Shown in pieces: positions 50,680-64,000 of a stretch of DNA of 64,000 nt. The notes under the pieces are model-generated. The model did not search any database, was not told the DNA's origin, and saw only the letters and a list, made by a program, of their open reading frames with translations. The translations under genes and the position numbers were made by a program. How positions within the stretch are numbered: the stretch's first letter is position 1; each line of letters opens with the position of its first letter. Origin of the DNA: Felis catus (lineage: Eukaryota); assembly GCF_018350175.1 (NCBI RefSeq), contig NC_058368.1:36520001-36584000 (forward strand), read 5' to 3'.

Positions 50680-51090
50680 TGTATTGGTTTTCCATTGCTG
50701 TTGAATAGATTACCACAAATTTGGTGGCTTAAAACAATGCAAATTTATCTCATGGTTTCTGTGGGTCAGGAGTCCAGGCAAACTTAGTTGGGACCTTTGC
50801 TGAAGATCTCACATCCTGAAATCAAGATTTCAGTTGGGGCTATGACCTTGGCTGAGGCTTAAGGTTCTCTCCTAAGCTCACTGGTTGTTAGCAAAATTCA
50901 GTTCCTTGTAGATTAAGACCAAAGTCCCCATTTTCTTGCTTGATGTTGCCTGGGGAGTGCTTTTAGCTCCTGGAAGCTCTCGAGTTCTTGCCACCTGATC
51001 GCCTCTGTAGGCAGTTCACGTCATGTTTGTTTGCTTCTGTAAAGCCAGCAAGAGAATCTCTACTGCTTCTTCAAATCTCTGCCTTTCTGA
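50680..51090 (-). mobile_element. MLT1-type MaLR LTR fragment
   Basis: tgtattggttttccattgctg...ttaccacaaatttggtggcttaaaacaa...tctgtgggtcaggagtccaggca. Confidence 0.75.
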
Positions 51091-52236
51091 TATTTTTGTC
51101 CCAACTTCCTTTATACTCTCCCAATCAGAACTTTGGTGATTTTCTTTTACCTTTCTGTCTCCCTACATTTGCTTTTGACTCCTGCAGTATCTCCTAAATC
51201 ATAATGAGGTTGAGACTGAGATACTAATTTTGCTGTGACCTATGTGCCTATAATGCTTCAGTTCTCACAGAACATATTCTATACCAACAAAATGAAATGA
51301 TATTAGCATTCCATTTGGAAGAAGGTATGAAAGTTAATTAAGATACATGACCTGGATACTACACTCAAAAACAAATGTCAGTGTCTTCTGAGGAGACAGA
51401 AGTTTATGAAGACTTCTGGTAATATAGGGTATTGTTTTAGTAGATGTGTTTTATTTATGACACTGCTATTAATATGACACAGAATCTGATAGCGTGTGAG
51501 AAAAAATATGGACTTTATAATAATAATATTCCAGACCCTTGGCTTTTACAAGGTGTATAATCTGACCTTCAGACACGTGTGCAGAGGAATATTGGATCAA
51601 GGACAGGCCAAGTAGAGGGAGCTCTGGGCATCCAGGCTTAGAGGCATCAGATCACCAGTTCCCTATCTTTGGGACAGTGTGGGAGAGGTGGGGCCAGAGG
51701 GCCAGAGATAGAAGTGGTAAGCTGGAGATGGATCAAAAACATTTTGTCCTAAGGAGTTTTTATTTCATGTAGATGGCAGTGCAAAACTGTGATGGCTCTG
51801 AAACTTCACTGTGAGAACAATGGAGTTTGTTCGGTGCTTTCAGGCAAAAAAAATTTTTTGTATCTGCAAGGGGGAACATGGGATTGAGACTGAAGTGAGA
51901 CTGCATTATATGGGCTCCGAGGAATTCTTCATTCTGTAGATGTATTTTATGTAGTATTTATTTGTACCAGGTCTATGGTAAGTGGTGGGGATACAGAATA
52001 TAATAAACTAGCTCTTTCAAAACATTTGGGGGAAATACAGGGATCTTGTAGCTCTTACCCCAAAGAAGCTTACTGTCTACTTTGTGAGACAGAAGAAACC
52101 ACAAACTAAAGAGACACAGAAATACTTATTAAAAAGGACTTTATCATTTACTTAGTATAAACCACACTGAACAGCATATAAAGGCTTAGCAGAGGCTGTT
52201 TCGAATACAGTAATCAGACATGATTTTATATTTGTA

Positions 52237-52691
52237 CAGGCACACCTTGGAGACATTAGAGGCTCAGTTCCAGACCACCAGAATAAAGCATATATTGTAA
52301 TAAAGTAAATATCGCAATGAAGCGGGTCAAATGATTTTTAAAATTTTTCAACTCATATAGAAGTTATGTTTACTTTATACTGTAGACTATTAAATATGCA
52401 ACTGCATTATGCCTATAAAACAATGTACATACCTTGATTAAAAAACACTTTAGTGCTAAAAAGTGCTAACCATCATCTGAGCTTTCAGAAAGTCATAATC
52501 ACTGATGATAGATCACCATAACAATGTTTGAAATATTAAATAATAATATTACCAAAATGTGACAGACATGAAGTGAGTGGTGCTGTTGGAAAAAATGACA
52601 CCAATAGACTTGTTGGACACAGGGTTGCCCCAGACCTTCAATTTATAAAAAATGTAGTATCTGTGAAGCACAATAAAATGAGGTATGCTTG
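52237..52691. mobile_element. Internally deleted non-autonomous Tigger1 derivative with both TIRs and TA TSDs
   Basis: ta|CAGGCACACCT...AGGTATGCTTG|ta. The right part is homologous to the Tigger1 end at 835-1066. Confidence 0.88.
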
Positions 52692-55600
52692 TAATCTATA
52701 ATATTTAAAACTTTTAGTGCCAAAATAAGACCAACTAGTTATTTTGAATGACTAGAATATACTTTAATCAGGCAGACTTGAAAATACCGTTTGGTTTAAT
52801 ATTTCATTGTTTTAAGTGTTTGACCAGAACCTGATTCTGTCAGTAGCAGCTCTTCTGACCCTAAACTTTTTCTTTGATGATGTTGACAACATTCGTAACA
52901 GATTGATTATAACACATGACCACAAACAGCTGGACAATAAAATGATACATATATATCCTGAAGATTATTGTGCTTGTAGATGTTTCTCATATTGTCCTGT
53001 CTCTGTCTTCATGTAATCCTATTACAATGAAGGTGATGGAATAGATGTGAGTGCTCTGTGTGTGGTTGCCCTCACCATTATTCTTTCTCTCGCTAACCCA
53101 CTCTATACTACTACAGTTTTCTTAGGTGAGCTGGGGTTCATAGTAAAATAAATGGATGAGGCAAACAACTGAATTGTTTTTCTGCTCATTTTATGGTTTT
53201 ATGGGTTTTTTTAAATTGAAAATAAAACCTGAAATAACTTTTTACTGTCATAAAATTGAGTCTCCGTGTTGGTCTTCTCTTAGAATTTGGTCATTGTTCC
53301 ATAAATCCTATGTTCTAAAATTAACACTTCATTGATGGGAGAAAATGTCCATTTTCCGAAGGAAAACCTAGAAGGCTTTTCAGGATGGAGTCTCCATAAT
53401 GTTTAATGGTTGAATGCCTTATGGATAGCTAATGAAAAACGTTAGGATCTTATAATTTTAATGTTCAAAACATTGGTGTCATCATGTGGGTCTGTTATAG
53501 TCCCAGATTGATTATAAAGAAATAATCATTATTCAGTGATACATATATTTGGGGTTTTTAAATTTTTGTTTCTAGTTTAGCTGAATAATCAAATCTTTCT
53601 TGCTTCTATGTTTTGTATCATATGATCTGTCTGAGGATTTTGTTTAATGTTAATACCCTAGAAATCATCTTTTGGCTGAGTAAACAAATGTAGGCCTGGA
53701 TGGACTTGTTATTATCATATCCGATCCTGTGTAATGTGTCAGGCTTCTGGGAAAAAAAAATGCATCCTTTAAGAATGAGCTTCTGACAAATTTAAGGCAT
53801 GTTAGTAACACTTTTACTTCCACATTATATCATATATTTTTGTCTAAAAGCGGGCTATCATTTTTTATTCTAATTTTTTAAAACTTCCATCAGAGGTCGT
53901 TGATCATCACATGTACTTTTTTTAGAGAGATTTTCTCTTAACATTAACTTTTTGTTGTATGTTTAAATTGGAATCAAACATAATTCTAGTTGACATTTTT
54001 ATCAGTATTCTGAAAAAAATGAGGCTGCATTACATTGTTTTCTGAGAGTAATCACTAATTAAAGTATTTCTCTGTGATATGTGATGACTTGGTGTCAACT
54101 TGGGAACATTTAACTGATCACCTTGTGATAGGATTGTGTCCAAAAGGTTCTTATATAGAGATTTTTTAAAATTTCGTTTTACAGACTAGATACTATAATT
54201 GGTGACTAGATTATCAAGCCAACTTTCAAAAATCATATACTTTGTGCCATCATATACTTTATCAATATATCACCTTGTTATACATAACTACCACTTAAAT
54301 CAATGTCCATTGGGAATATGTGTTTTAAATTTCAACTTGAGATGGAAAGAATAGGTTTGATTCGTTCAATTATTATGGAAGCTTAGGTTGGCCAGAGATG
54401 GGAGTAGGAATACCCTGAGACAATAACTTTACTGTTTTAACTTTCTACATCTAAATAAGACCAGGAAAACCTTAATTTGTTCTGAATGGGGAACAAAAGA
54501 CATAGTGAGAATAGTGGACAGAGTAACTGTCCTACATTTGTATTTATCTATTATTCCCTCTTTTGTATAGCCTATCCTGTAATTATATGTTATCAGTTTT
54601 ATTTATGTTTCTTCATATCTTGCATCAGAATTGTAGAAAGCAGAATAAAGAATATAACTTACTCATATGTTGAGTAAACACTTGGAAGAATATGAAGAAC
54701 ATATTCCACCAAATAGAGATACTTTATGAAAAGGATAAGATTTACTAACATTTATAAATGTTCATAGAGTTCTGTAATTCCTTAAGAAGCACAATTATCT
54801 ATTTCTGCCTTTTTGGCTTATTGGTAATAATTGAGAAAAGCACCTCTTACCTAGTTATATCTGTGCCCCGTCTGCTTTCGAACTTGCCAGCTTGTGTCTT
54901 TCTTGTAGGGCATACTGAAGGAACTAGGAAGTACCCAACACCTTCCTTCATTAGCTTCCTTCATTAGATGGTCTCAGTTTCAAGACCATAGACTACAGTT
55001 TTACTGCACAGTGAGGAGTTCAAACTTCCTGTTAGGGGTTGCAGAGACTCTCACGATCCAGCACTCTTTTTTTTTGCTAAACAAGTTTTACATTTGAGGT
55101 TCTGTCACTTGTATCACCCTATTTTCTGGCACCAACTTATAAATTAGTTTGCTTTAAGATGTAAGCCAGAGAAATACAAAGAAAGATTTTTTTTTTGCCT
55201 CAATAACTGGAAAATTGTTCTGCTTCTGAATTCTGCTTTTTTTGTATACTGGCAGACTGTCTCCATGTGTTAACAATAATTGATCCAGATAGCTCCAGGT
55301 GTAGCATAAGGCCAACATATAAGGGGGCATAATGACGTATAAAGATACGCAGGTAGAAAGACTCCATTTTGCAAGTGAATATTTGGCGGGGAAAGATAAG
55401 TATCTATCATTGCATAATTATTGGTTACCCAAGTTCAACTGAGTTCCACCAATGATATTGGCATTGTTGTATGTGGAGTGGCTAGGACAGAAACCCAGAA
55501 GACTTGCACAACCATTTGTGTCAGATATGAAATAAAAGGTAATAAAAAAATATATTTGTCAGAAACAGGGAAATGGTCCTCATATCTAGCAGGTCAGATA

Positions 55601-55769
55601 GAAAAAGGCCTTCTGTCCCCTTAGTCAGAAAAACACAGGACATCTTAATTGATTAACTGATATAATTGATTTCATCAGTATCATATATAAGGAGGAAGGA
55701 GTAGTTCCCACCACTACCTTCCCCTGGAAAGCAGGATTCTATTCCCAAAAGGAGAGAATTGTCAAGATG

Positions 55770-56010
55770 CTGGAATAGAGAAGTACAACTGATTCTACTA
55801 CTAAGTTAAATTACAACTTTTGTATTTATTAGTTGTATGTCTTTGGGAAGGTTACATAACCTCTTAAACCTTAACATCTTTATTGGGAAATGGGGGAATA
55901 GCAACAGCACCTAGCTGTCGGGTTGTTGAGAATATCAAATTAGATATGACGCATAAAATGCTAAGCACAGTGCTTGACACTTAAGCCTCCACATAACGGT
56001 AGTTCTTCCA
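55770..56010 (+). mobile_element. MIR SINE
   Basis: tctttgggaaggttacataacctct...aaatgggggaatagcaacagcacct...aagcacagtgcttgacac. Confidence 0.65.
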
Positions 56011-56705
56011 CCAGCACCACTACCATCATCTCCATGATTAGCAACAGTAGCAACAGCCTCCTTCACTCATCACCTCCTCATCTCCACCCCCACTGCTCTA
56101 CTCCAGGCCTTCATCACCCCGCCCCTGACTCCTTGCAGAACTTTATCATCTCATTCTCCATATTGTGGTCAGCGATCTTTCAAAACACAAACTTAATCCC
56201 ACTACCCCCTTGCTTAAAATACTCTATTATCTCTTCTCATTGTCAGAATAATACTCAGACTCTGCTATGCATACTGTTTTTGTGGTGTTCTATTACTCTA
56301 TATCCTGTGGGTTTTGTGAGAAGTAGTATTTACTTGGTTAACATTACTGCCTAATTTCAAATTCTGCGTAATATTCAGTTGTAAATAATATATTTAGATA
56401 TTGGCAGATATAATATTGGTGGTTGATGGGTAATTGACATGAAGTTTCATGCTTTTGATAGTTGTTAGGTGTCTTTTTTGGTCTTGTTTTCTTTTAATCA
56501 GGTTTCAAGTCAGCTTAAATAGTTTGGCTTATAGATTTATAGCTCAAATTTTAAAGACTGAAGAATAGGAAGTATGGGAAGGATATGTGATATAATGGTA
56601 ATAGTTCAATTAGAAAAGCAGGAAACTAAGTCAAGAAAAGAGACTGTGTATGTGTTAGGCTACATGTTCTTGAGAAGGGTTTCCTCAAGAAAGGATTGCC
56701 CAAGT

Positions 56706-56965
56706 AGAGATCTTCCTTGACTTAAGATAGGGTTACTTACTAGTAAACCCATCGTAAGTTGAAAATATCGCAAGTCAAAACACATTTAATACACCTAGCC
56801 TAAGGTATATACACTGAACATCATAGTTTAGCCTAGCCTAAGTTAAGCCTGTTCAGATAATGTACATCAGCCTACAATTGGGCAAAATCATCTAATACAA
56901 AACCTATTCTGTAACAAAGTGTTGAATGTCTCATGTAATCTGTGGAATTCTCAAATGAAAATACT
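56706..56965. mobile_element. MER47A (Tigger5-related) fragment
   Basis: taaacccatcgtaagttgaaaatatcgcaagtc...cagcctacaattgggcaaaatcatctaatacaaaacctatt. Confidence 0.8.
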
Positions 56966-57829
56966 GTGAAAATATCCTGCAGTGCTGCACATGTAATGTC
57001 TTGATTATAAATGTGAATTTAGTAGTTATTTGAATTTGATAATTATATACAAAAATTGTATGTGGATTTAGGGATAATTTTAGTGAAAATTTTTAAAGGA
57101 AATATATAGAAAGTTGGTTAAAATTAGCTTACCAAAAATTCGAAATGCACTTTTTAAAACATGTCTTAGAAGGGCATTTTAAAAATAGGAGCTAAGAATT
57201 GAGGTTAATAAATTCTTTGATCATGTACCACAGAAGTGTATTATTTCCTGTTGTATCTGTGTTACCTGATAAGTTTAGAAAAAATTAAAAATATAGTCAA
57301 CAAAAGAAAAGGAAAATGGCCCATGGTCTCATCACCATATTCTGTTTTTGTTTCTGCTTGAGATCATACTTAAATAACCTGCGTTTTTCCCCAACAATAA
57401 AATATAACTCTATTTCTATGTAATTATATATTTCTATCAGCATGATTTTTAATGGCTGCATAGTAATCGATTATAATTCCATTAATGCTGTTAGTAATTT
57501 GAAAGTTTCCAAATTTTGCTTATAACAATAACCTTCCAAAATAGTCTTCTGGTTAAATTTGGTTAAATTTACATATTGATGATTATTTTTTCAGACAAAT
57601 GTACAGAAATCAAATTATGTAGCATACATATTTTTAAAATATGTTAACCATGCTATCAGTTATGACATATAATTAATTTTCTTTGGTGCTTAGATCTATA
57701 GAAGAGATACAGCTTTGCTCAGAATACTAGGACAAGTGAGCCTCTTTTTCATTTTTGCCATTCTTCTTTTTTCCTCCTCCTCAATTAATGGTCCATTCAT
57801 TTAAGCATTTAATGACCATAAAATAAAAT

Positions 57830-58060
57830 ACGTGCCATTATTGAATATCTACTATATACTGGGAACTGTTCTAGGTGCTTTGCATACTATTAATTCATAA
57901 ATCGTTTAATCATCTGCAAATGCAAAAGATACATTGTTATTTCCATTTGACAGATAAGTTATAGGCTTGGAGATAAAACATATTACCCATAAGAACTAAA
58001 GATCTGGAATTTGGACCTCTGTCTGTCTGATTCCCAACTCAGAACTCTTTCTACCATGCC
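57830..58060 (-). mobile_element. MIR SINE
   Basis: ctgggaactgttctaggtgctttgcat...ttccatttgacagataag...tctgtctgattccca. Confidence 0.6.
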
Positions 58061-58299
58061 CCATTTCTAAACATCTGTTGGGTTTTTTGGGGAAAGAGCA
58101 ACCGACAGTTTAATTTTAAGATACACCAATTTTTAAAAACCAAGGAGAGACATCAAGCAAGCAGTTGTGTTTAGAGATCAAGTAGAGGTGGAGGAGCCAG
58201 CAAAGGAAACAGAAAAGAGCTGAAAGAAGTAGGAGGAGTATGAGAGTGAGTGAGAGACAAGATGAAAAGTGTCCATTGAGTTTACATAGCATAAATAGC

Positions 58300-58510
58300 A
58301 CACAGGTGAATGTTAACAGCAGGCTGTGGGAGAAGAGGCGGGGGTGAGGGAATGCCCTGTTTTTTAGCTTTTCCTCATTTCTGTGGTGGAAATATTTCCA
58401 CTGTGGCTGATCTCAGACAATCAATAGTTTAACAATCAGCTTCCAGATTTTCTGAAAATTTAATGTTAGGTCTTATACAATGTTCACATTGGGTCCAGCA
58501 CACCACTGAT
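58300..58510 (-). mobile_element. MER63-like element
   Basis: atttctgtggtggaaatatttccactgtggctgat...ctgaaaatttaa...tccagcacaccactg. Confidence 0.55.
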
Positions 58511-60167
58511 TGAAGACCTTGACAAAAATAGTGCTAGTAAAGTGGTAGGATTGAAAGATAAGCTGAAGGATATCCCGCAGATAATTGTTATATGGATATT
58601 AAAATGATGATTTTGAAGAGAGTGATAAGAGAGAACACATTTAATATCGCATGAAAAAGTGAAGCTAAATGCTTGAGATGATGGGTGATTTCTCTTCCTG
58701 CCTATCACATAATATTTTTTAAAGTTTACATTTTATTTTTACAGTATTTGGAAAACATAATCATTTAATAAGTACTTGTATTTGCATGTACCTACAAGGC
58801 ATAAGATATAGTCCCTGTTCTTATATTTTGTAATCTAAATCAGAACTTATTCAGAATAAATTTGTAGAGGAAAGTTTTTTGTTTTTGTTTTTTTTTTAAT
58901 TGAGGAAACAAAGTATACAGATTTTGAGCTGATAGACTAATTTTCAGAGCCGAAGAGTTTTGTGATTATTGCAGAATATATACAACATCTAAAGACATTT
59001 TACACAAAAAGCCCTGATTTGTATCATTGAGAAAATTAGTTGAGAATTATGTATAAAATGGCTGAAATATAGATCTAGGAATATTAGAATGTGTTATGCT
59101 TCATTTATGATGTGAGTTCATGTACTAATCAGTTGAGACCATCTTTTTGTAGCAAATACCTTTAATGACTTATGTTTATTTTGTTTCACTTGTTGGAGGA
59201 TTACTCTCAGTTTCAGCTATTCTACCGGAATCATTTTCTGTATCAGTAGGTAACCTGTTGCAGTGGGGTACTGTGGCTTTTTAAAAATAGTATTCTAGCC
59301 CATAAATGGACATTCCTTTGCTTTTTCTCTCTAAAAATTCTCCTTATTTTCATTTTTTGCCCCTAAAAATAAAGTACCTTTAAATGTCACTAGCATATTT
59401 TGGCTTCAAATTGTGAAAGTTCTCATTTTTGTTTTGCTATAGTTTTCTGTGAAATTTGCAAGAAATGTGTTACAAAGATAATGTGGAGTCTAAAATTATC
59501 ATAGTCATGATCCTGGAAAATACTAATCAGCTTGGAAGAAAAGATCACACAAGTTAAGTTTAGTTTCTTACGCTTGACAGATAGTTCCTGTATGAGAGTT
59601 TTAGTTGTTCTGACACACCATCCTTTGAGTTTTTACAAGTTTGATAATAAGTGACATTTTAGTTGACGTTTCCAGTGTGTTTTTGCAGTACACATTGATA
59701 TTTGAGTTAAAGCAGAAAGATACACATTGTATTTCTAAGTGGTTTGTGACTCACAAGTTTAGCATCTCTTGTATAAACTCCCAGTTTATCAACAAGGGGG
59801 ACATTACCTGACTCACCTGAGTCGACCAATGAACAGCTGAACGAAAGGCATCAATGGCAGTGAGTAGTATGGGGATGACAGTAAGGCTGCAGTGCCATGT
59901 TGGATTAAAAAAATTCTTGTGTTATTATGTGTCCACAATACGCTAGGAAGATGAAATAATCCAGCTTGAGTTTTACAAGAAACACAGAAGTATGACTGAC
60001 AGTGCTCACTTGGTATTAGAGTTGGTTGCTGTCTGTGGGGTTGAAGGAGAAAAAGTGAAATCTAAGTTGAGATCTGAAGAGAAGCCAGAAGGACGACTCC
60101 TGGGACACCTTCAGGCACTGTGCAGGCATGCAAGGATGTGTGATCAAAATATACTGAAAACACTCAA

Positions 60168-60392
60168 GGGGCCCCTGGGTGGCTCAGTCAGTTAAGTGTC
60201 TAACTCTTGATTTTGGCTCAGGTCGTGATCTCATGGGTTCATGAGTTCAAGCCCCGTGTCTGGCGCCACACTGACAGTGCAGAGCCTGCCTCTCCCCTCT
60301 CTCTCTGCTCCTCAACTGCTTGTTCTCTCTCTCTCTGTCTCTCTCTCTCTCTCAAAACAAATAAATAAACTTTAAAAAAAAAAAAAAAAGAA
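60168..60392 (+). mobile_element. Can-SINE
   Basis: Canonical head, (CT)n and A-tail. Confidence 0.88.
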
Positions 60393-61599
60393 AACAGAAC
60401 AAGACTTTTCTCATTTACCAGGAAACAAAACTCTGTTTTAGAGTGTCTATTAGTTACGGATGAAGAAAAGGCCAAACTGGCTAGAAAAGCCCTCTAAAGA
60501 GGACATTATGCGTTTAATGTGTTTAGAGGTAGAAGAAAAATTAAATGAATCCAGTGGCATATTTTGCATATGAGATGTGTGATGAAGCTATACTCCTGCA
60601 ATTTGTTTATAAGGAAGAAAAAGAAGAAAAATCAGCTGGATTAAATATATGTATTTTCATTTAATGAATTGACCTGTATAGCAAATGCTTTTTTTTTTTT
60701 TTTTTTTTTACCCTGGCAAAAATATTTTTATGGTAATGCTAACCTGTGTTCTGTGAGGAAATACTGAAAATGACTCCTGGTTATTAATGACTTAATGTTA
60801 CCAGCACAATGGTATTGTTGTTGAGGATGTATAGCAGGGAGGTTAATACTGGAGTCCGGAACCTGAGTGCTCAGTTAATCCCAGTTCTACCCCAGTTCAT
60901 TGTATGCCCTTGGTTAAGTTTCTCCCCCTTCCATATTTGCAAGGTGAGGGTGTTATTATAGTTGTACCCTGAGCTAAGCTCATTTGGTCATTTACCTATG
61001 TGAGCAATCCTAGTGTACTCCCCGAACTATAAACCTTTTGTTTTCTTTTGCACCTGTAAGCACTGGCTCGGACTCTGCCTGCCTTTTGAGCAGGACTGGA
61101 GAACGGGCAGCAGTTGTACTGTGGGTGCACATTGTGTTTCCTCAGCGTTCTTCTATCCGTTCATTTATAGCAGCGGTGATTTTAGGCGTCGCGCCCACCC
61201 TTTTTTTTTTCATGGACTTTTTTCTCTCTGTTTTTGAACAGGATTTGCGACACTAAAGGATTAATTCTGTGAACACTGAGTATCACACATGTTTATTTGT
61301 GAGCTTAACCTTAAGCTTAACGTTCATCACAATTAAGAGAGAGTATCATGAAAATTAAAAAAAGAAAAATTACGCCTTTGAGTAATGAAAGAAAATGCCA
61401 TGTCCAATTACTAATGTTCATTTTTGTGTCTTTTTTTCTGGAATTTGCTGTTTTTATTTGGCATAAAGGACATCAATTTTGGGGTATTGCTATTTGTAAC
61501 TGTTCCTCCCTTGAAATTAATAATTACCAGTGATTGTGTTTTTACCTAAAATTGGGCCTGCCAAGATTTTTTTAGGAACACATTAACTCCACGAAGCAA

Positions 61600-61985
61600 G
61601 TTTCCAGGCCAGGACTTTTGCGCGTGCTGTTCCTGCTCCTTGGACCACTCTTCTCGACTTCATTGCATTGCTTCTCATTCTTTAGAGCACAACCGAAGCA
61701 CGGCTTCTTCAGAGAAATGCTCCCCCTGAGTTGGTATATACCCACTCCTCCCAGTTTTATATAAAAGTCTATATAGTTCCCTCTTTGTCTTTTTCACAAT
61801 TTTAAGCTGTGTTATTAGTTGGTTTACGTATTTGTGGTTTACTTCTTCCCATTATACCTAAAGCAACACCGGATAGAGCACTTAGGAGCCTTACTACTGC
61901 TTTGTATACAGTGACTAGAACGGTGTTGATGCTTGTCCATAGTCAGTGCTCACTAACTATAGTACAGAGTAACTTAATGAAGGAA
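61600..61985 (-). mobile_element. L2 3' remnant
   Basis: ggacttttgcgcgtgctgttcctgct...cttcttcagagaa...cagtgactagaacggtgttga..catagtcagtgctca. Confidence 0.55.
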
Positions 61986-62701
61986 ATAGGTAGGTAGCAT
62001 TATTCCAGTTTTAAAAGGTAACACAGCTGCTTAATGGTAGGACTGGGACTTACTTTCAATTGTCAGTCTAATTCCAAAGGCCCTATATGGGCCATAAGAA
62101 AAGCAATTTCACAAATATTTTCTAATTGATTCTTCACCATAATCTTGTAATAAATATAATTATCCACACTTTCCAGATGAAGAAACTGGGGCTCTTTGGG
62201 ACTTTATTAACGACGCATCACTCGGAAGTGGGAGAATTAATTTATTTTGCTTGAGCTCAGTGTTTATATGTTGTGCAGTCTTTCTCTGTAATCACTTGAA
62301 CTCAATCTAACTCTGTCCCAATGCTTTCATGCAAACCTTTCATACAGAAAATAATACAGGGAAGTGTATTTTCTATTTCAGTATTGCCCTCTTAGCTGAG
62401 CCCAGGTGACAGTGTTAAACAGGCAATGGTTTTGAACTTGGAAACTTGTTCCATGCCCATTGCTTTTAGTAACTGTATCTTTCTTTGAGCAAATACTTAC
62501 TGAATACCATCTGTTTGCCTGACTGTTGTAGCCAGGCACTGGAAAAAAAAAATGCCAAGTAAGGCCTACACTCCACCCTTAATTTGGTTAATACTTAATA
62601 ATATTTAAAGTACCCTCCTTTAAGAAAAAAAAAAAAAACAACATGCAATATCAAAAAGAATGAGGTAACTCTGGGTACTGACTTGGAAAGATATGGCGGC
62701 C

Positions 62702-62928
62702 GGGGAGCCTGGATGGCTCAGTTGGTTAATTTTACAACTTTGACTTGGGTCATGATCTCGCATTTCTTGGGTTCAAGCCCCACATCGGGCTCTGAGTTAA
62801 CAGCTCAGAGCCTGGAGCCTGCTTCTGATTCTGTGCCTCCCTCTCTCTCTGCCCCTTCCCCGCTCATGCTCTGTTGTGTGCGCGCGCGCTCTCCCTCTCT
62901 CTCAAAAATAAACATTAAAAAAAAAAAG
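62702..62928 (+). mobile_element. Can-SINE
   Basis: Canonical structure. Confidence 0.88.
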
Positions 62929-63529
62929 TATACTACAGCCTATGAGATATGGGTGAGTCTGCCTTTTTTTTGTTGTTTAAAATTTTAAAAATATGTATAG
63001 ATATATCTATATGGCTTATATAAAAAGGAAGAATAACCTCTGAAATGTTAATAGTGGCCATCCCTAGAGGTGGAATTGGTTAGGCAGAAGGTAGTACTTT
63101 TATTCTGTATGTATTTTTTATGATAGGATTATTAGGAATTTTTACTTTTTAAAATATTTATTAGTATTTTCTAAGATAGAAACATTTTAAAGGGTATATA
63201 AAAGAAATTTTATCTAGAGAATGTTTATAATATTTTAAGTAGAAAACAGTATTAGAGTAAGATTTTGATTTTCTGATCTAAATTTTCTCTATAATATGAC
63301 TTACATAATTTGACAGTAAAGTTTTTACTAAAGCATTCTTTCTGCCCTATTTGCAACAACAAGCACAACAAAAAACCAAACACAAACAAAAAATAAATAG
63401 AGTCAAGTAAGGATCCTAACTAAAGTTAGGGATTGTGGTAGGGGAGCCGTGTAAATAGGGAAGTGCCTTACCATCCAAGTGTTGTTTAAATTGGCTTGCA
63501 TAATTATAATGCTAATAGTAATCGTAATA

Positions 63530-63775
63530 ATAACAGTGACCGTTAACATTTACTGAGTGCTTATTAAAGCCAGATACTGTCTGTTCTAAGTACTTTGCAT
63601 GTATTAAACTTAGTCAATCCTTTGAGGTAGGCTCTACTGTTATCCCATACCTTAAAGATGAGGCTCAGAAAAGCTGTATCTTACCTAAGGTTACAAAACT
63701 GTTAATTGGCAGAGCTGTGGTGTAACCTATGCAGCCCTTCTGCAGAGGTTGTACCCACACACTTGCTATCTCTGG
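63530..63775 (-). mobile_element. MIR SINE
   Basis: aacatttactgagtgcttatt...ttctaagtactttgcatgtatt...gaggctcagaaaag...aaggttacaaa. Confidence 0.7.
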
Positions 63776-64000
63776 GTGTCAGTTTGTGAGATTCTAAGTT
63801 CGGCCAACTGTTAATAGGGGTTTCGGGTTGTTTTTTTGTTTGTTTGTTTGTTCTTGCATTAATGGAAAGAGATTATTAATTTTAGCTCAGGATTCTGGTA
63901 ATATCCAAAGTTTCCTGGTATCCAAATTTATTTTTTCAGCCCAACAGGGATTAAGAAAGAGCCTTTGTGATTTCTGCATCTCACCAGAAATGAACAGATG

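Noticed and set aside
55974..56354. 126-aa S/T/H/P-rich ORF
   Set aside because: Low-complexity CAC/CAT/CAG sequence adjoining MIR and L2-like remnants.
49393..64000. Searched for TDRD3 exon 11 (EPKSQ...) and the Tudor-domain exons
   Set aside because: Not found. Intron 10 apparently extends past the window end.
1..64000. CRISPR arrays, operons, rRNA or other prokaryotic-type systems
   Set aside because: Eukaryotic intron-rich locus. No regularly spaced repeat-spacer array or RNA gene was seen.

Overview
AT-rich mammalian genomic DNA from a felid, judged by young SINEC_Fc-type Can-SINEs. The window lies inside the TDRD3 gene on the + strand. Coding exons 2-10 are present (RMI1-like OB fold, UBA domain, RG-rich linker), all with GT-AG boundaries and a continuous reading frame. 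Exon 1 and exons 11 onward (Tudor domain) fall outside the window. The introns carry the usual carnivore and eutherian repeats: Can-SINEs, L1, L2, MIR, Tigger1, MER3, MER5A, MER47A, MER63, MLT1 and MER21-group LTRs. The main unexpected signal is in intron 3 (~21.2-25.4 kb). There, heavily degraded + strand sequence translates, across stops and frameshifts, into motifs colinear with conserved regions I-IV of a Mononegavirales L polymerase. This is a candidate endogenous non-retroviral RNA virus element. It is interrupted by old MLT1C and MER3 insertions, so it would be very ancient. The call rests on manual translation and recalled viral motifs and needs an HMM or tBLASTn check. Other observations are a recursive-type splice site at exon 10, inverted SINEs bracketing exons 9-10, and an unidentified CpG-rich insert with an A-tail. 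Nearly all ORFs in the supplied track are spurious or repeat-derived. Repeat boundaries are approximate.
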